64,000 nt of DNA, taken from the human T2T-CHM13v2.0 reference genome, Homo sapiens. The stretch is taken from NCBI RefSeq assembly GCF_009914755.1, contig NC_060926.1, one strand, 5' to 3'. Position 1 is the stretch's first letter. Each line of letters starts with the position of its first letter. Made by a program: the position numbers and the translations under genes. Positions 59,669 through 64,000 of this stretch are shown here, in pieces. A model generated the notes under the pieces. The model searched no databases, was not told the origin of the DNA, and was given only the letters and a program-made list of their open reading frames with translations.

Positions 59669-59777
59669 TTACTGCTAAATTGTGTGAGAAAAATAATAAA
59701 GCTCTAAAAAGATTCCAAATTCACATTACTTCACAAGTATCTTTAATTTTTGCTCCACTAGAAAGAAACCACAATTG

Positions 59778-60164
<387 letters not shown>

Positions 60165-60510
60165 TTAAAGAAATTGGCCTTCTGTTATTGGCAAGTGAGT
60201 ACATATATTTGTTTTTCAATATTTTCAGTTTGAATATTGTTAGTTAAAATACTTAAAGTACATACATCTTTTCTTTGCATGATTCTCTGCTTTACTGACT
60301 TTTTATTAAACAAACATTCTGCCATTCACCAAAGATAAGTGGGGCAGAAGAAAATAAACCCCCTCCTCTCAGAGCCGGCCTCAAGCTAAGAACTTTTGAA
60401 GTACTGTTTTAGCTAAAAAATATTAATACTTTAAAATTTGCATACTATACCATGTTTATAAACAAAAGTGTTTTTCTTTTCCAAGGTCTTCATATAAAAT
60501 TGCAGCTTAG

Positions 60511-61105
<595 letters not shown>

Positions 61106-62436
61106 TCACCCTAGGAGGGCAGGCACTGAGGGCCAGCACTCTGGTCACGCCAAGGATGCTATGGCGACCCACTGAAGAATGAGCTATTACCCTGCCCACC
61201 CCTGCCTGCTGTGCCCCCAAGCACCCCTTGGGGGTTACTCACTTGCCTTCCTGGTATCAGGTTAAGAGGTTATTAGACCTTCCATTTATTCACTCAATTC
61301 TTTTCCCTGCTCTCCTGAGTAATAGCTCAGGAACCCGTGCCCCAGCCATGCTGGGAACATGCTTAGAAAGTAAGGGGAAACCTTTGGGCCAGCACCCACG
61401 TGGTTTTGAATCACTCAAGGACAATCTGCCTAAGTCACTGGCTTGGTGGCCGTGGGCCAAGCAAGGAGTCATCCAGTAGCGCCTCTGCCCTCACTGTCCT
61501 CCTCCTCCAGGTTTCTTTACCGAGAGGAAGCCAGCGGGAGGCCCGACATCCAAAACATTGACTAGTGTGCCCCCGTGTGGCTCTGGTGGAAGGGTTTGGA
61601 AAATGCAGCCAGGTTTTCCTAACCTTACCCACCAAGGCCGGAGGATGCCCTAAGGACAGCCTGCAGCCCCTGCAGCCCTCTTTTTGCGTAATCTTTGATT
61701 TTTCTTGTTATTATTTCTTAACAGTTAAGCGCCTTAAGGCCTCATTTAACTTGAGTTAAAGAAGTGTGATTTTGGAGGACCCAAAGATTTTCCACTGGTG
61801 TAGGGAATGTCTCCTCCCGGCTCTGAGAGACTTCCTCCAATCCACAACCTACCGCAGGTATGTGTTCTTATTAAAAGGGGCAGGGACAAAAGCTCTGCCT
61901 GTCCCTCTTGTACTTTCAGGCTATAATCAATCAGCAGGCACACCTGTTCAGACTGTGACATTGAATTTCCAGGATCAGAACCAGAGCCTGGTACAGACAC
62001 AAGCCTTCCAGTACTTGTATTTTAAGTTCCATAGATGCTTGGACCTTTTGTGGGCTCCTGGGACAGTGATCATGAAAGAAGAGTGCTCCCAGGGGATGAG
62101 CAAGATGATCCCCTTTGGCTGGGAAGAAAAGATTCCATGTCCATCTGGTTTTTATTACTCCTCTAAAAATGTTCCCTTTATAGTTTTATAATTGTACTTA
62201 AATAAAAATAATTGCACTTAAATAAAAAAAAATTGGGGAGATTATAGCAGAAGCTGTTGGTGTCCCGGCCATAGCTGTGTCCCTTGGTCTGCCACAGAGG
62301 TCACTCCCAGAATACACTTAGGACTCCCTGTGTCTCCTTCTGAGGGTGACCTGAGCCACGATGTTATGGGATGGAGGCTAACACCTGGTAGGCCCCACAT
62401 TTTTGACAATTTGGTTTTAAGAAAACTCATAGGTAT

Positions 62437-62960
<524 letters not shown>

Positions 62961-63331
62961 CCCATTCGCCCTCCTTGCTGCCATGCTGGCTTCTCTACAG
63001 TGAGAGTAGCCTTTACGTTACGCACCACTAATGTCACTCAGAGGGTCCCGACCCTTCCCCTTCGGCCTCTTCTTGTTCTCCTCCCTCTGTTCCTCTTGGA
63101 TTCTCAGGAGCCAGTGTTAGCCCAGAAATGAAGAATTAAAGACTGTTCACACCCACATAGAACCATCTGCTCTCTTAGCCTCAGGGCAGGGCTGATGGGG
63201 GTGGTATTTAGTCTCTTGGAGGTGGTATTTAGCCCCTTGGAGAGGTGGTGCAAATATAGAAGCTGGTGTAGATGGCTTGGCTGGAGGGGGGCTATCTGGC
63301 AATTCAATGCATCTTGTGAGTTTTGGAGAAC

Positions 63332-63465
63332 TAGGGTGACTATATCATTTATCCTCCAAGAAAGGACACAGTTGAGAATGATAAGTGACACTATACATAA
63401 TTACTCTAAGAAAACAGGCAAAATCTAGGACTATCCTTAGTGACTTGGAACCTACATCCTCCCTA
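63332..63465. mobile_element. MER94-like hAT-Blackjack MITE
   Basis: tagggtgactatatcatttatcctccaagaaaggacacagttgagaatga...acaggcaaaatctaggactatcc. Confidence 0.6.
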
Positions 63466-64000
63466 CCCACTCTATAGATATCCCTGCATTTTCCACCTTG
63501 TGTCTGTGATTGACCTGTTGTGTCCCTTTCAACATTTCAGCGCCCACCCCTCAAACCCCCATCAAGCCTTGCAGCAGCTATTTATTCAGTTAGCAAACTT
63601 TTCCTGGCCTCCAATTTGCATTCTTTCCTAACTTATGGGTCCCTTCTCTTTTGCCTAGATGCTGCCTTTCCCTGGCTGTTTGACCATAAACTCATGGTAT
63701 CATGCCTTATTCAGCAACTCTTAGAACAAAGTAAACAAATGTGCAAGTTTGCTTAAATTGAGAAAGCTTATATTTACAAAGTCGTGCCAGTTTTCTTTCT
63801 CACTCATCTACAGTTCTCTCAAACATTGGCCCTATTCCTGATGTATTAGATTGCAAACCCCTGAGGGCAGAGGCTGGGTGTTCTCACCCAGTTACACATG
63901 GTGGGCACCTCATTCGTAACTCTTTCTAGCACATTCAGCGCTCTGCCCTCTGGAGTCTTGCGGCTGAGTCAACACTCAGGAATCCAGCGCAGTAGGCTAA

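Overview
This is primate, most likely human, non-coding genomic DNA. The best evidence is a near-consensus AluYa5-type insertion and an LTR12C. I find no credible protein-coding gene, structural RNA gene or CRISPR-like array: the ORF track is explained by chance, Alu-, L1- and LTR12-derived ORFs and one minisatellite. The window is dominated by interspersed repeats: about 20 Alus, solo ERV LTRs with intact target-site duplications (LTR12C, LTR1/27/28-group, LTR47-like), L1M fragments, MIR/L2/L3, MER53, MER94, MER103C, MER5A and Tigger15a. It is probably largely intronic or lncRNA-associated, and I could not identify the host locus. I cannot support a novel biological system. The most notable oddities are: (1) a non-repeat 191-bp, ~94% identical direct duplication 1.6 kb apart that begins with an IRF/PRDM1-type motif; (2) two inverted AluY copies sharing a cluster of non-consensus bases, suggesting gene conversion; (3) a CpG-rich LTR12C with 8 CCAAT boxes; (4) a young AluYa5; (5) a probable RTE-clade LINE fossil; (6) several candidate regulatory elements and exons. 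Repeat subfamily names come from recalled consensus sequences, not a database run, and boundaries of old repeats are approximate.
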